Below are positions 40,813 through 51,230 of a stretch of DNA of 64,000 nt, in pieces (position 1 is the stretch's first letter; each line of letters begins with the position of its first letter). The position numbers were made by a program, and so were the translations under genes. The stretch is from Saprospirales bacterium (lineage in GTDB: Bacteria > Bacteroidota > Bacteroidia > Chitinophagales > Saprospiraceae), in NCBI GenBank assembly GCA_007695035.1, contig REEO01000025.1, forward strand, positions 329 through 64,328, read 5' to 3'. A model generated the notes under the pieces. It was given only the letters and a program-made list of their open reading frames with translations. It was not told the origin of the DNA and ran no database searches.

Positions 40813-41970
40813 ATGAGACGGATATCATTGGTAATTTTCTCCCTTCTTATTCCATTTAGTTTATCCGGGCAATTGGGCGATCGCCTTGATGTCAGTGGAT
40901 ATTTTCAAGGCAACCCTGTGTTTGTAACGGCCGATCTTCCTCCCCCTTTCACTAAGAGTAATTGGATGGAATACAGGTTACAAAACAGGCTCAATATCCG
41001 GCTGGATGTATCTGAGTCTGTCCAATTTCACTGGCAAATGAGAACCCGTGCCTTTTTTGGAGACCTGGTGAGCGAATTGCCGGGATATGCGAGTGGAATT
41101 GATGTGGACGATGGCCTATTTAATATGTCTTGGATGGTAGCTTCCAGAGATAAATGGGTATTGCACTATATACCGGACCGGCTTTACTTTCGCTACACGG
41201 CCGACGACTGGGATGTGCGCATTGGCCGACAGCGCGTGAATTGGGGCATCAATACCATCACTAATCCCAATGACATATTTAACATATACTCATTTTACGA
41301 CTTTGATTACCGGGAGCGGCCTGGTTCCGATGCAATTCGGGTACAGCGATATTTTGGAATAGGTGAGCGGTTGGAGTTTGCTGCCAGTCCCTCCATAAAC
41401 ATTAGGAACAGCATCTTTGCCGGCCTTTACGGATTCAATTGGGGCAATTACGATATGCAGGTAATTGGGGGTTATTACAGAAATAGACTCGCCCTGGGTG
41501 GCGGTTGGGCCGGAAGTATTGAAGGAGCGGGATTCAAGGGTGAGTTGATGTACTATGCTGATTTTGACAAGGAAAACGGAAATCGGGCTACCAATTTCGT
41601 GGCGGCAATTTCGGGGGATTATATGTTTGAATCCGGTTTGTTTGTAACCACGGAGTTTTTGTTCAATGCAGATGGCGGAATGGACCAATTGTTACTCATT
41701 GCAGAGGACTTTGCACCAGACAATCCCTCTTTTTCAAAGTACCAAATTTCCATGCAACTGACCTATCCGGTTCACCCACTCGTAGATTTAATTTTTGCCA
41801 CAATTTACTATCCTGATGAGGCCACTGTTTTTTTGTCTCCGGGAGTCAGTTGGTCGGTTATAGAAAATCTGGACATTCAGTTGCTTGGGCAGGCTTTTGT
41901 CGGTAGGTCAGATTCCGTGCTTTCTAATGCTGCCAATCTTGTGACTGCCTCAGTGAGATACAGTTATTGA
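40813..41970 (+). CDS. putative outer-membrane beta-barrel protein
   Basis: Signal peptide, DRLY..RIGRQRVNWG, terminal VRYSY. Confidence 0.8.
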   Translation: MRRISLVIFSLLIPFSLSGQLGDRLDVSGYFQGNPVFVTADLPPPFTKSNWMEYRLQNRLNIRLDVSESVQFHWQMRTRAFFGDLVSELPGYASGIDVDDGLFNMSWMVASRDKWVLHYIPDRLYFRYTADDWDVRIGRQRVNWGINTITNPNDIFNIYSFYDFDYRERPGSDAIRVQRYFGIGERLEFAASPSINIRNSIFAGLYGFNWGNYDMQVIGGYYRNRLALGGGWAGSIEGAGFKGELMYYADFDKENGNRATNFVAAISGDYMFESGLFVTTEFLFNADGGMDQLLLIAEDFAPDNPSFSKYQISMQLTYPVHPLVDLIFATIYYPDEATVFLSPGVSWSVIENLDIQLLGQAFVGRSDSVLSNAANLVTASVRYSY

Positions 41971-41981
41971 GGTTTTGACAC

Positions 41982-42013
41982 AAAAAAAGCCGGAAGGATT
42001 GACCCTCCGGCTT
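41982..42013 (-). terminator. terminator of rplU-rpmA
   Basis: aagccgga/tccggctt stem with an A run on the plus strand. Confidence 0.75.
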
Positions 42014-42054
42014 ATATATCTCATTTGTTAAATCCCGGTTCCCGGGGCAGGAAT

Positions 42055-42726
42055 TTACTCCTCCTCCTGGTCGTCGGCTTTAAGCTTGGCTTGCAGAGCT
42101 TTGAGTTCATCCATTTTACCTTCCGCCGCAAGTTTGGCCTGCTGTGGCCATTCGGTCGGGTCAAATGCCTTGTATCTGCTACCCGCCTCTTCCAATATGG
42201 CTTTGAGTTGATCAACAGTAGCCGAAGCTATGGAGTCAAAAGTAGCAAAACCACCGGTTGCGAGAACTTCTGCCAATTTGGGACCCACGCCATCAAGTAC
42301 CTTAAGGTTGTCAGGCTTGCCGGCATCAGCTGGGCTGGCTTCTTTCTTAGGAACCTCGGCTTTGGGTTCTTCCGCTTTGGGAGCCTGAGCTTTTGCAGGT
42401 TCCTCCTTTTTAGCTGGAGTAGCTGTTTTTGCCTTAGCGGTTTTAGAGTCCAACTTTTCTGCCACCTCTTCCATTTTTGGAATGATGGAGACAAAAGTTC
42501 TTCTCAGTCTTTTCTTTTTGAACCTGACCGTTCCGTCAGTAAGAGCATAGAGCGTGTGGTCTTTGCCGATTCCGACATTGTCACCTGCGTGGAACCTGGT
42601 ACCGCGCTGACGCACGATTATATTTCCTGCAACAGCCTCTTGGCCGCCGTAGAGTTTTACACCCAGGCGTTTACTATTACTGTCGCGTCCATTGTCCGTA
42701 CTACCTACACCTTTTTTGTGTGCCAT
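42055..42726 (-). CDS. rpmA: 50S protein L27 with C-terminal linker and HhH (DUF4332-like) extension
   Basis: [24 protein letters not shown]; tail [13 protein letters not shown]...WPQQAKLAA. Confidence 0.95.
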   Translation of the reverse strand: MAHKKGVGSTDNGRDSNSKRLGVKLYGGQEAVAGNIIVRQRGTRFHAGDNVGIGKDHTLYALTDGTVRFKKKRLRRTFVSIIPKMEEVAEKLDSKTAKAKTATPAKKEEPAKAQAPKAEEPKAEVPKKEASPADAGKPDNLKVLDGVGPKLAEVLATGGFATFDSIASATVDQLKAILEEAGSRYKAFDPTEWPQQAKLAAEGKMDELKALQAKLKADDQEEE

Positions 42727-42747
42727 GATCTGATTGGTTTAAGTCGA

Positions 42748-43059
42748 TTAAACAGAAATTTTATCAATATGGAGTTCAGAGAGGTATTGTCTGTGACCTT
42801 TTTTGCGTCTGTAGCCTTTTCTTCTCTTCTTCTTGAAGACGATCACTTTATCATCCTTGAGGTGGTCCACTACAGTAGCCTCCACGGTTGCGCTTTCTAC
42901 CTTGGGTTTTCCAATGCGGACATCACCTCCATTGGCTACGAGAAGGACTTCGTCAAAGGAAACCTTTGACCCCGATTCTTCAGGCAGTCTGTGAACGAAG
43001 ACTTTCATGCCTTCCTCGACCTTAAATTGCTGCCCTGCTATATTGACAATTGCATACAT
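42748..43059 (-). CDS. rplU: 50S protein L21
   Basis: MYAIVNIAGQQFKV, KKKRRKGYRRKKGHRQ. Confidence 0.97.
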   Translation of the reverse strand: MYAIVNIAGQQFKVEEGMKVFVHRLPEESGSKVSFDEVLLVANGGDVRIGKPKVESATVEATVVDHLKDDKVIVFKKKRRKGYRRKKGHRQYLSELHIDKISV

Positions 43060-43124
43060 AATTACCACTTTTTAGAAATGGACTGCAAAGGTACAACTAT
43101 GTTTTGAAATAATACAAACATCTG

Positions 43125-44372
43125 TTAAAATAATTCTCTGAGTCTGAAGGTATGTGTTTGTCTGTCCTCTTCTCTTTCCACACGTACCCGGATTCTATTT
43201 CCTTCCTGGCGCTCCAGTCTGTTGGTAATAAACCTGAGACTCATAAATGATGACGGCCATCTTTGAAAAGCTACGATCCTGTCACCCCTGCGCAATCCCG
43301 CTTCCCATGCGGGGGATTTTTCTGCTACATTGGCGATGTAAAACCGGTTTAATTCCGGTCCCGCTGCAATTACAGATATCCCGCTTTTGTTATACCGGAA
43401 AGGTTCGTCAAAATTTCGCTCGGGTCTCAGGTGAATGACCTCATCGGTGTAGTTGATATACAGGTGAAAACGATTGAGTAATTGATTGCCGATTATTCCC
43501 TCCCGGTTGAGGTCCCGGAAGTCGATGGCCATGGTGTCAATATCCTGAAAATTGGTGACGATGTCTCCGAATTGATGATCCCACAATTCAAGGCCCGGAA
43601 CACGGCTCAGGTAGCCCTTTAGGTATCCACCGAGTCCTGCACCCAATTGGCCACTAATGGCATTTTCAGGGATTTCAAGATCGGGGTGTGTATTGGAATG
43701 CAGCAATAAGGGAAGGCCCGCGCCGGTATCCAGCAAGAAACGCAGTGGGGTTCTGTCATTGCCGTTAAGACGAACATTGCCTTTGACATAGGGTTTGTTA
43801 TTGATAACCTCGATGGGGAAGCTGTGGTAATTGGACCCCGGTTGCTTAAAAGAAGATCTGTGGTGCAACTTAATGTAATTCCGTCTATAGTTTATTTCTA
43901 CTATATAATCAGCAAAGAAAGAAGCACCCAACAATCCGTGCACCGATTTTCCCAACAATTGATCGAGTACGGAATGGTCCTCCTCTAACACCAGTATGCT
44001 CATGTTTTTGGGCTTCGAGGGTGCGGCCTTGACAGGAATATTGTGAGCGATAAGTGCGTGGAGTTCACGGCTGAGATCGGCCCCATAAATTGGTATTCTA
44101 CGGTCGTATTCTACACCGAAAATATCGGTGTAAATTCTGTTGAATAATATAGTGTGTTGAGCACCGGTATCAAAAATGAGGTTTAGTTCCAGGTTGCCAA
44201 ATATCGTAGCCCGGATGATTATAAAATCCTGATGGGTCTGAAACGGTATGCGCACACTTTCTCCGTCCTGGGTGATATCCTGCACCTGGGCTGATAATGG
44301 ACTCCCACTGCTAAATGCAAACAGAAGGGTTATCCAAAGAACAGAAATATGTGACTTTAATCTACGCATCAT
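43125..44372 (-). CDS. double aspartyl-protease domain plus PDZ protein
   Basis: FDTGA and LDTGA motifs; SPAWEAGLRRGD PDZ. Confidence 0.88.
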   Translation of the reverse strand: MMRRLKSHISVLWITLLFAFSSGSPLSAQVQDITQDGESVRIPFQTHQDFIIIRATIFGNLELNLIFDTGAQHTILFNRIYTDIFGVEYDRRIPIYGADLSRELHALIAHNIPVKAAPSKPKNMSILVLEEDHSVLDQLLGKSVHGLLGASFFADYIVEINYRRNYIKLHHRSSFKQPGSNYHSFPIEVINNKPYVKGNVRLNGNDRTPLRFLLDTGAGLPLLLHSNTHPDLEIPENAISGQLGAGLGGYLKGYLSRVPGLELWDHQFGDIVTNFQDIDTMAIDFRDLNREGIIGNQLLNRFHLYINYTDEVIHLRPERNFDEPFRYNKSGISVIAAGPELNRFYIANVAEKSPAWEAGLRRGDRIVAFQRWPSSFMSLRFITNRLERQEGNRIRVRVEREEDRQTHTFRLRELF

Positions 44373-44405
44373 CCATAGTACAACGCAAGTAGACTGCACT
44401 CTTGT

Positions 44406-44615
44406 TTAATTTCCGAAAATCAGGTTGGATATGTTGGAAAGGGATTGATCGATAATTTTGGTATAGTGGGAGTGGGACCCATGGTGAGTAACTGGAAGTA
44501 GCGTCCCGGCAATGAACTCACCGGACCACAGACTCACCCCTGCGATCAGGCTCAGGGCAAAACAAATCAAAACTGAGAGCTCCATTAACTGCCGGCCTAC
44601 TATTTTGAGGGCCAA
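44406..44615 (-). CDS. possible small membrane protein
   Basis: 69-aa hydrophobic ORF filling the gap between co-oriented genes; no family recognised. Confidence 0.3.
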   Translation of the reverse strand: MALKIVGRQLMELSVLICFALSLIAGVSLWSGEFIAGTLLPVTHHGSHSHYTKIIDQSLSNISNLIFGN

Positions 44616-44648
44616 TTTCCAACCGGGCTCACCTCGGAGAAGTCCAAG

Positions 44649-45563
44649 CTATGAGGATTTTTCCCCAACATTTAAACGCCACCGCCAAAAGGAGGCCAGC
44701 AAAAGTGCTGATACCATGTCCCAAATGCCCCACCAGGCTACCACGAGCAACATGCCGCCTAACCCCTCGAAAAAATTGAATACAAGCACCAGACCCAGGC
44801 CGGCATTTTGGATTCCTGTCTCGAAGGAAATGGCTTTGGAATCCGCTACATCCAAACCATTTAGTCTGCCGAAGTAATATCCCATCAACAGTGCCCCGCC
44901 ATTATGAACCAAAACCAGGAAAAATACCAACTTAAAGTAATAGACCAGGTCATCCCTGTTGTCGTAAACCGCCACGACGATGATGGCGATGAAAATAATA
45001 AGAGCCAGGGTTTGAACAGGTTTGCTTATTTTTTTGGAAAAGGTGGGGTAGTGGTGATTGATCAACATGCCGGCAATTAGGGGTACCAATATGAGGTAAG
45101 TTATACTCAGAAACATGCTGGTGGGATCTACTGCAACTTCATTTAGCAATGTACTGGTCTGGGGCAATAAGCCGGCCCAAAATTGGAAGGTAACCGGGGT
45201 GATCACGATGGCAAACATGGTGACTATGCTGGTAAGAGTAATGGAAAGGGCTGTATTCCCACCGGCCAGATGAACGGAAAAATTCGAAATATTGCCCCCG
45301 GGACAGCAACTTACCAATATCAGCCCCAATGCCACACTTGCAGCTACGTCCCAAAGGCCGATCAGAATCAATGTGAATACCGGCAGCAAAAGCAATTGGG
45401 AGGTGAGTCCCGTCAAGGAAGATTTGGGATAGCGGATCAGACGCAGAAAGTCGTCCACCCTGAGATTGAGGGATATGGAAAACATGATAAATCCCAGACA
45501 GATGTTCAACAACAACAACTGGTCCGTACTGAAATCAATGATAATGTCGTCAATGGCTTCCAC
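44649..45563 (-). CDS. bile acid:sodium symporter (BASS) family
   Basis: CCPGGNISN, FETGIQNAGLG. Confidence 0.92.
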   Translation of the reverse strand: MEAIDDIIIDFSTDQLLLLNICLGFIMFSISLNLRVDDFLRLIRYPKSSLTGLTSQLLLLPVFTLILIGLWDVAASVALGLILVSCCPGGNISNFSVHLAGGNTALSITLTSIVTMFAIVITPVTFQFWAGLLPQTSTLLNEVAVDPTSMFLSITYLILVPLIAGMLINHHYPTFSKKISKPVQTLALIIFIAIIVVAVYDNRDDLVYYFKLVFFLVLVHNGGALLMGYYFGRLNGLDVADSKAISFETGIQNAGLGLVLVFNFFEGLGGMLLVVAWWGIWDMVSALLLASFWRWRLNVGEKSS

Positions 45564-45808
45564 TAAACTCCTCTTTCTTTATAAAAGGCCGCAAATTAAA
45601 TAAATTTGGGAAACCCATTCATTGTGCCCAGCCTTTCAATGTCCTGAGGGAATTGATTTTGCTCCGATTTTCTACCGGCATTTGGTGTTTTTACTGCTCT
45701 TGCGGTGAAAAGGATTCCAAATTATCTCGTTTTTGCAACAAACGGGCGAAGAAAGTAGAGATTAAAATTAGGGTGACTTTAAAGCAAAATGACTGCACCA
45801 TCTCCACG

Positions 45809-48070
45809 CTAAAAAGACCAGCCCAGATTGACGTAACCCACGAGCCTGCCCATTTCGGGACTGTAGGAAAAGGTGGTTTCCACCGGCCCGATTCTACTGA
45901 GATAGCCCAGACTGATTCCCCATCCCAGTACAAAGTCGTGATGGGGCCACTCCGAGGGTAAAATTGGTATAAGGCTAAAACCCCAGGACCCTGCCTGCAT
46001 CATAACAGAGGCAAAAAATCGCTCTCCCAAAGCCCGCTGGATTCCAATTCTTCCTGATAAATAGCTGTTGTCCATAAACTGGTATTCGCGCAAACCGAGC
46101 ATGGTGAGTTGTCTGTCCACAACCGGGCGATACCCTCCTATGTTATAAGATGTAATAAAGCCTTGTTGGTGATCGATTAACGAAGCGAATTCAATGAGAA
46201 AATGCGCGGTGTATTTGTCGGAAAGAGGGACGTATTCCAGCCATTTTGCGTGAAGGTTTTGATATTTGATCATGCTTAGACCGAGATCTCTAAGTTCCGG
46301 GTCCTCGTACCCCTCTTTTTTCAGACTCAGATTGTGACGGTATCCAAAATGGTGGCTTAATGAAAAATAGAGGTCCTGACCTTTTGTGGGGAAAGCGTGG
46401 CGGTCCAGGGTATATCTCTCCCACTTCACGCCCACTTTCCAGCCATTGATCCATCCATTGATATTTACATCTGCGTTGTTTCGCTGGGACAGCTTTTGCA
46501 TCCGCCGTCCTATGTTCACCGACCAATAACTGTCGCGCCCCCTTAAGCTCGAATATTCTAAAGATGTTTTGAACAGGGTTCGTCTGTAGTCCACCGGCTG
46601 ACTGTGTCCCTCGTAAGGAAATCTAATTAGGGAACCCTCAATTTCAGCTGTGATCCAATTGCTTCGATGATCGTCCAGGAAAAAGCGCTTTCGCCCGAGC
46701 AGGGTGGGATTTTCTCCGATGTGCAGCCTGCCCTCCGCCTGGGTGTTGTTCCAAATGGGATTTTCGAGTTGAATGCCACCACCAATCCAGACCCCGATGT
46801 GGTCGTTATATCCGAGCAGACCACCCACTCTAACCAGGGATTTTTCGAGTAAGTCGATGACCAAATCGGTATTTTCCTCCTCCCTTTTTTCCGCAAAAAC
46901 ATAAATTCTATCAAACAAGCCTGTGGCGTAGAGTATGCGCACGGCACGTAGTACCTGGCTGCTGGTGGCTTTGTCCCCTTCCTTCAGAGGGAATGCCTGG
47001 CGCGCCATTTCTTCACTTACCGATTCCAGTCCCCGGAACTCGATGGATCTCAATTTATACTTTACTCCGGCCGGTTTTGTGGTAAAGTGCTCTGTCTTTC
47101 TGTCTGCCTGGGAGGCAGCAATTTCTTCAAATAGTTCGAGGTTTTTTCTGGCTTCTCGCTTTCCCAGTTCGATTATTTTTTCTACCTCGTCAAAATCGTT
47201 TGCATCAATGCCCTCCAGAGGGATGTCAAGAAACCAGGTGGCTTTTTCCTTGTTGCTAGCAAAGGTTTTGGCATCGGAGAAAAAACCAACCTGTAGGATT
47301 ACATCCAGTGGATTTCTGAGTTGGTCAGCCGATCTCAGGCCCCTTGCCACGTTGACCCCCAATACCTTATCTGCACCCATTTCATAAGCCACATCCACTG
47401 GAAAGTTGTTGGATACGCCCCCGTCGATAAGTTTTTTGCCATCTATTTCCACTGCGGTAAAAACAGCAGGTACCGCCATGGAAGCCCGGATCGCTTTGGA
47501 GATTTTGCCACCTTTTAATACCACCGCTTCCCCCGTTTCCAGGTCTGTGGCCACGCAGGCAAATGGAATGGGCAGGTCATTGAAGTCGCGTATGTGAGAT
47601 ACGTGCAAAAAATTGGTGCTCAGTTGGTTCCACAATTGCTGACCCTCCAGTGCGCCGGTTTCAAATTTGAGCCTTCCATCCTCAAAAGGTCTGCTGAACA
47701 GGTATTTTCCGGTCTCCCTTCTGTTTACCGGGTGGATAAACTCCAGGTTTACTTCTGAGCTGAAAAGGGTGCTCCAGTTGGTTCTTAATGCCATTTCCTC
47801 GATTTCCCGGGCAGAATAACCCGATACATACATGCCGCCTACTATGGCTCCCATACTCGTTCCGGAGAGGTAGTCAAGCTCAATTCCCAGACTGTCTATA
47901 ATGTGCAAAACACCAATTTGTGCCAGCCCTCTCGCTGCTCCACCGCTCAATGTGAGACCCAGTTTTTCTTTGTCGGGATCGGAATGTTCAACCGAATCCA
48001 CAGCCCGCATTTCTGTTGTCGCCAAAAGCAGTAGGGAATAAAAGAGGCATGATTTGATTGATTTCAACAT
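45809..48070 (-). CDS. patatin phospholipase-POTRA-beta-barrel (PlpD-like)
   Basis: LSGGAARG, GTSMG, DGG, POTRA segment LYATGLF, terminal NLGWSF. Confidence 0.9.
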   Translation of the reverse strand: MLKSIKSCLFYSLLLLATTEMRAVDSVEHSDPDKEKLGLTLSGGAARGLAQIGVLHIIDSLGIELDYLSGTSMGAIVGGMYVSGYSAREIEEMALRTNWSTLFSSEVNLEFIHPVNRRETGKYLFSRPFEDGRLKFETGALEGQQLWNQLSTNFLHVSHIRDFNDLPIPFACVATDLETGEAVVLKGGKISKAIRASMAVPAVFTAVEIDGKKLIDGGVSNNFPVDVAYEMGADKVLGVNVARGLRSADQLRNPLDVILQVGFFSDAKTFASNKEKATWFLDIPLEGIDANDFDEVEKIIELGKREARKNLELFEEIAASQADRKTEHFTTKPAGVKYKLRSIEFRGLESVSEEMARQAFPLKEGDKATSSQVLRAVRILYATGLFDRIYVFAEKREEENTDLVIDLLEKSLVRVGGLLGYNDHIGVWIGGGIQLENPIWNNTQAEGRLHIGENPTLLGRKRFFLDDHRSNWITAEIEGSLIRFPYEGHSQPVDYRRTLFKTSLEYSSLRGRDSYWSVNIGRRMQKLSQRNNADVNINGWINGWKVGVKWERYTLDRHAFPTKGQDLYFSLSHHFGYRHNLSLKKEGYEDPELRDLGLSMIKYQNLHAKWLEYVPLSDKYTAHFLIEFASLIDHQQGFITSYNIGGYRPVVDRQLTMLGLREYQFMDNSYLSGRIGIQRALGERFFASVMMQAGSWGFSLIPILPSEWPHHDFVLGWGISLGYLSRIGPVETTFSYSPEMGRLVGYVNLGWSF

Positions 48071-48436
48071 AGGGTAACAATATCCCGGTTCTGTGAATTT
48101 TAAGGGCAAAAATTTAGATGAGTTCCATCATTGATATTTCTAACGCAATTACCACAGCAAAAGTCCGGCTTACCAAAAAAAATGCCCGGTGGGAGGAAAA
48201 AATATTTGGAATGATTTTTTCCTCAGTCCCTTTACTTTTTAAATGGAAAAAGTCAAACCAGGAAAGCCAAAATCTCCTTTGTTGAAAATTTTTCTTCCGG
48301 TATAAATTACACCGACCCAAAACATTTGAGCTATGAATTTTTTAACACTGTAAGAAGGGGAGAGGTGACCGCATATCAAGTGCCGGCGCTTCACTTTCTT
48401 CAATAAATCAGTAATTTTGCGAAAAAATAATACACA

Positions 48437-49963
48437 ATGGATTTATCATTTATTAAGACACTGGGCTTGAAGCCTGAAAATGCGGGAACATCTACAGGTC
48501 AAAAATACCTTGTTTCCGATGAATATATTACCTCTCACTCTCCTGTTGACGGCAGGGAAATAGGTCGTGTCAGTATTACCACCCGCAAGCAGTATGAGCA
48601 GGTGATGGAACAGGCCGAAAAGGCATTTGTCAATTGGCGCATGATACCGGCTCCACAGCGTGGGGAGATTGTGAGGCAGTATGGAAATGCACTCCGGGAT
48701 AATAAGGACGCTCTCGGCCGACTGGTCTCTTACGAAATGGGCAAAAGCCTGCAGGAGGGCTGGGGAGAGGTCCAGGAAATGATCGATATATGTGATTTTG
48801 CTGTGGGGCTCTCACGTCAGCTTTACGGACTCACCATGCACTCAGAAAGACCGAGGCACCGAATGTACGAGCAGTGGCATCCTCTGGGAATTGTGGGCAT
48901 CATTTCGGCATTTAATTTTCCGGTGGCGGTATGGTCGTGGAATTCCATGATCGCCATGGTTTGCGGGAATGTATGTGTATGGAAACCCTCCGAGAAATCT
49001 CCTCTCTGCAGCGTTGCCTGTCAAAACCTCATGCAAAAAGTGCTAAAAGACAATAGCATCCAAGAGGGCGTGGTGAACCTGATCAATGGCGACTACCGCG
49101 TTGGTGAGTACATGACCAAAGACAATAGAGTGCCCCTGGTTTCGGCTACCGGAAGTACGAGAATGGGGAAAATCGTGGGCGCTGAAGTAGCCTCAAGACT
49201 TGGAAAAACCATTCTTGAACTCGGTGGAAACAACGCCATTATTATTACACCTTCTGCAGATATGGAGGTCGTACTGACCGGAGCGCTTTTCGGGGCTGTC
49301 GGAACTGCAGGTCAGCGTTGCACATCCACCCGGAGATTGATCATCCACGATTCTGTTTACGACGAAATGAAAGAAAAACTGGTCAGCGCATACGGACAAC
49401 TCAAAATCGGTAACCCCCTGGATGAGACTAATCACGTGGGGCCGGTAATCGACAAAGACTCCGTAAATACCTATCTCGATGCCCTGAAAGCCATTGAAAA
49501 CCAGGGTGGAAAAGTGCTTGTGGAAGGTGGTGTACTCGAGGGCGAGGGCTATGAGAGTGGCTGTTATGTAAAGCCCTGCATAGCGGAGGTAACTCCCGAC
49601 ATGGATATTGTTAAAACCGAGACCTTTGCGCCCATTCTCTACATTATGAAGTACAGCGACCTGACCGAGGCCCTCTCCATTCACAACAATGTGCCTCAGG
49701 GACTTTCGTCTGCGATTATGACGGACAGTATGAGGGAAGCAGAGCGGTTTCTGTCCCACGAGGGATCGGATTGCGGAATTGCCAATGTAAACATAGGTAC
49801 TAGTGGTGCCGAGATTGGCGGAGCTTTTGGTGGAGAAAAGGAAACCGGTGGAGGCCGCGAAAGTGGATCGGACGCGTGGAAAGCCTACATGAGAAGACAA
49901 ACCAACACCATAAACTGGAGCGAAGAACTTCCCCTTGCTCAGGGAATCAAGTTCGACCTTTGA
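48437..49963 (+). CDS. ALDH7-type aldehyde dehydrogenase (aminoadipate semialdehyde/P6C)
   Basis: ISAFNFP, LELGGNNA, GQRCT, GAEIGGAFGGEKETG. Confidence 0.93.
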   Translation: MDLSFIKTLGLKPENAGTSTGQKYLVSDEYITSHSPVDGREIGRVSITTRKQYEQVMEQAEKAFVNWRMIPAPQRGEIVRQYGNALRDNKDALGRLVSYEMGKSLQEGWGEVQEMIDICDFAVGLSRQLYGLTMHSERPRHRMYEQWHPLGIVGIISAFNFPVAVWSWNSMIAMVCGNVCVWKPSEKSPLCSVACQNLMQKVLKDNSIQEGVVNLINGDYRVGEYMTKDNRVPLVSATGSTRMGKIVGAEVASRLGKTILELGGNNAIIITPSADMEVVLTGALFGAVGTAGQRCTSTRRLIIHDSVYDEMKEKLVSAYGQLKIGNPLDETNHVGPVIDKDSVNTYLDALKAIENQGGKVLVEGGVLEGEGYESGCYVKPCIAEVTPDMDIVKTETFAPILYIMKYSDLTEALSIHNNVPQGLSSAIMTDSMREAERFLSHEGSDCGIANVNIGTSGAEIGGAFGGEKETGGGRESGSDAWKAYMRRQTNTINWSEELPLAQGIKFDL

Positions 49964-49988
49964 AAGGCCAGTAAAATAATTTCTTGCT

Positions 49989-50040
49989 CACCGCACCTGC
50001 TTTTGTTTTTCGAGAAATTGTGGACCGGACAGGTGCGGTG
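49989..50040. terminator. 11-bp inverted repeat between convergent genes
   Basis: caccgcacctg ... caggtgcggtg with a 30-nt loop. Confidence 0.5.
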
Positions 50041-50069
50041 GGTAACCAATTTATCAGTGGGTAGGGAGG

Positions 50070-51089
50070 TCAACCAAACCGCCTTTCTTCCCACTTCCAG
50101 GCAGATCGCATGATGTCTTCGACTCCGTATTGGGGTTCCCAGTTCAGTATTTTCCGGGCTTTGTCGTAGCGGGAAAAAATGGCAGGCACATCCCCCTTTC
50201 TTCTTTCACCAATTTCAAAATTTACACTTTCCCCCGTCACTTTTTCAAATGCCCGGATGGCTTCGACTACGCTGATGCCGTTGCCAATGCCCAGGTTAAA
50301 GGGTTCTACTTTTTTGTCGGAGCGTTTTTCAAGGGTGAATTTCAAAGCGGAGGTGTGGGCGCGAGCCAGATCGCAAACGTGGATAAAATCGCGTATGCAA
50401 CTCCCGTCTCTGGTGGGGTAATCACCGCCGTAAACCACCAGTTTTTCGCGTTTTCCCGCTGCTACTTCACAGATTATAGGAACCAGATTGGTGGAGGGAT
50501 TTCTCGATGCTTCCCCGATAATGGCGCTTTCATGAGCCCCTGCCGGATTAAAATACCTCAGTAAGGTGGCTCGAAAGGTGGATTCATTGCGGGCAAGGTC
50601 TTTTAAGGTATTCTCTCCGCTCTGCTTGGTGAGCCCGTAAGGTGATATGGCTGGAAGGATGGGAGATTCCTCTGAAACCGGCATGGAATTAGCATCTCCA
50701 TAAACTGTGCATGAGGAAGAAAAGATAAAGTTCATTACCCCGCAATTAAGGGCAGCTTCAGCCACATTTATCAGGGACCGGATGTTGTTTTGATAGTATT
50801 TAAAGGGCTTTGCGATGGATTCCCCCACACTTTTAAAGGCCGCGAAGTGGATGACGGCATCATAGGGACCATTGGCTTCGATGGCCTCCAGGGTCAGATT
50901 TCTGTCGGTCAGATCGATATTGAGATTGGGTATCTGCCGGCCCGTTAGTTTTTGCAAAGCGGGCAGTACCTCCTCGTGCGAATTGATATAATTGTCCGCA
51001 CTGATTACATCAAATCCGTTTTCTACCAGATCGACAATCGTGTGACTCCCTATAAATCCGCATCCACCCGTCACCAGTATTCGCGTCAT
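50070..51089 (-). CDS. galE: UDP-glucose 4-epimerase
   Basis: TGGCGFIGSH, KSVGES, PYGLTK, LRYFNP, RDFIHV. Confidence 0.95.
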   Translation of the reverse strand: MTRILVTGGCGFIGSHTIVDLVENGFDVISADNYINSHEEVLPALQKLTGRQIPNLNIDLTDRNLTLEAIEANGPYDAVIHFAAFKSVGESIAKPFKYYQNNIRSLINVAEAALNCGVMNFIFSSSCTVYGDANSMPVSEESPILPAISPYGLTKQSGENTLKDLARNESTFRATLLRYFNPAGAHESAIIGEASRNPSTNLVPIICEVAAGKREKLVVYGGDYPTRDGSCIRDFIHVCDLARAHTSALKFTLEKRSDKKVEPFNLGIGNGISVVEAIRAFEKVTGESVNFEIGERRKGDVPAIFSRYDKARKILNWEPQYGVEDIMRSAWKWEERRFG

Positions 51090-51230
51090 GTTGTACTTTT
51101 TGAGAGTTTTTGTAACCGATGCTCATTTTGACCCGTACGGCCTCTTTCCCTGGCAAAAATCAGTTTATTGCGGCTGGTTTTCAAACTTTCGGCCAGATTA
51201 TTGGACTTTTTTCAATGCATCGGTTCGGTA

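Noticed and set aside
42025..42969. 314-aa plus-strand ORF and other long antisense ORFs (10429, 14738, 29296, 49193, 55878)
   Set aside because: Shadows of well-supported genes on the opposite strand; no motifs.
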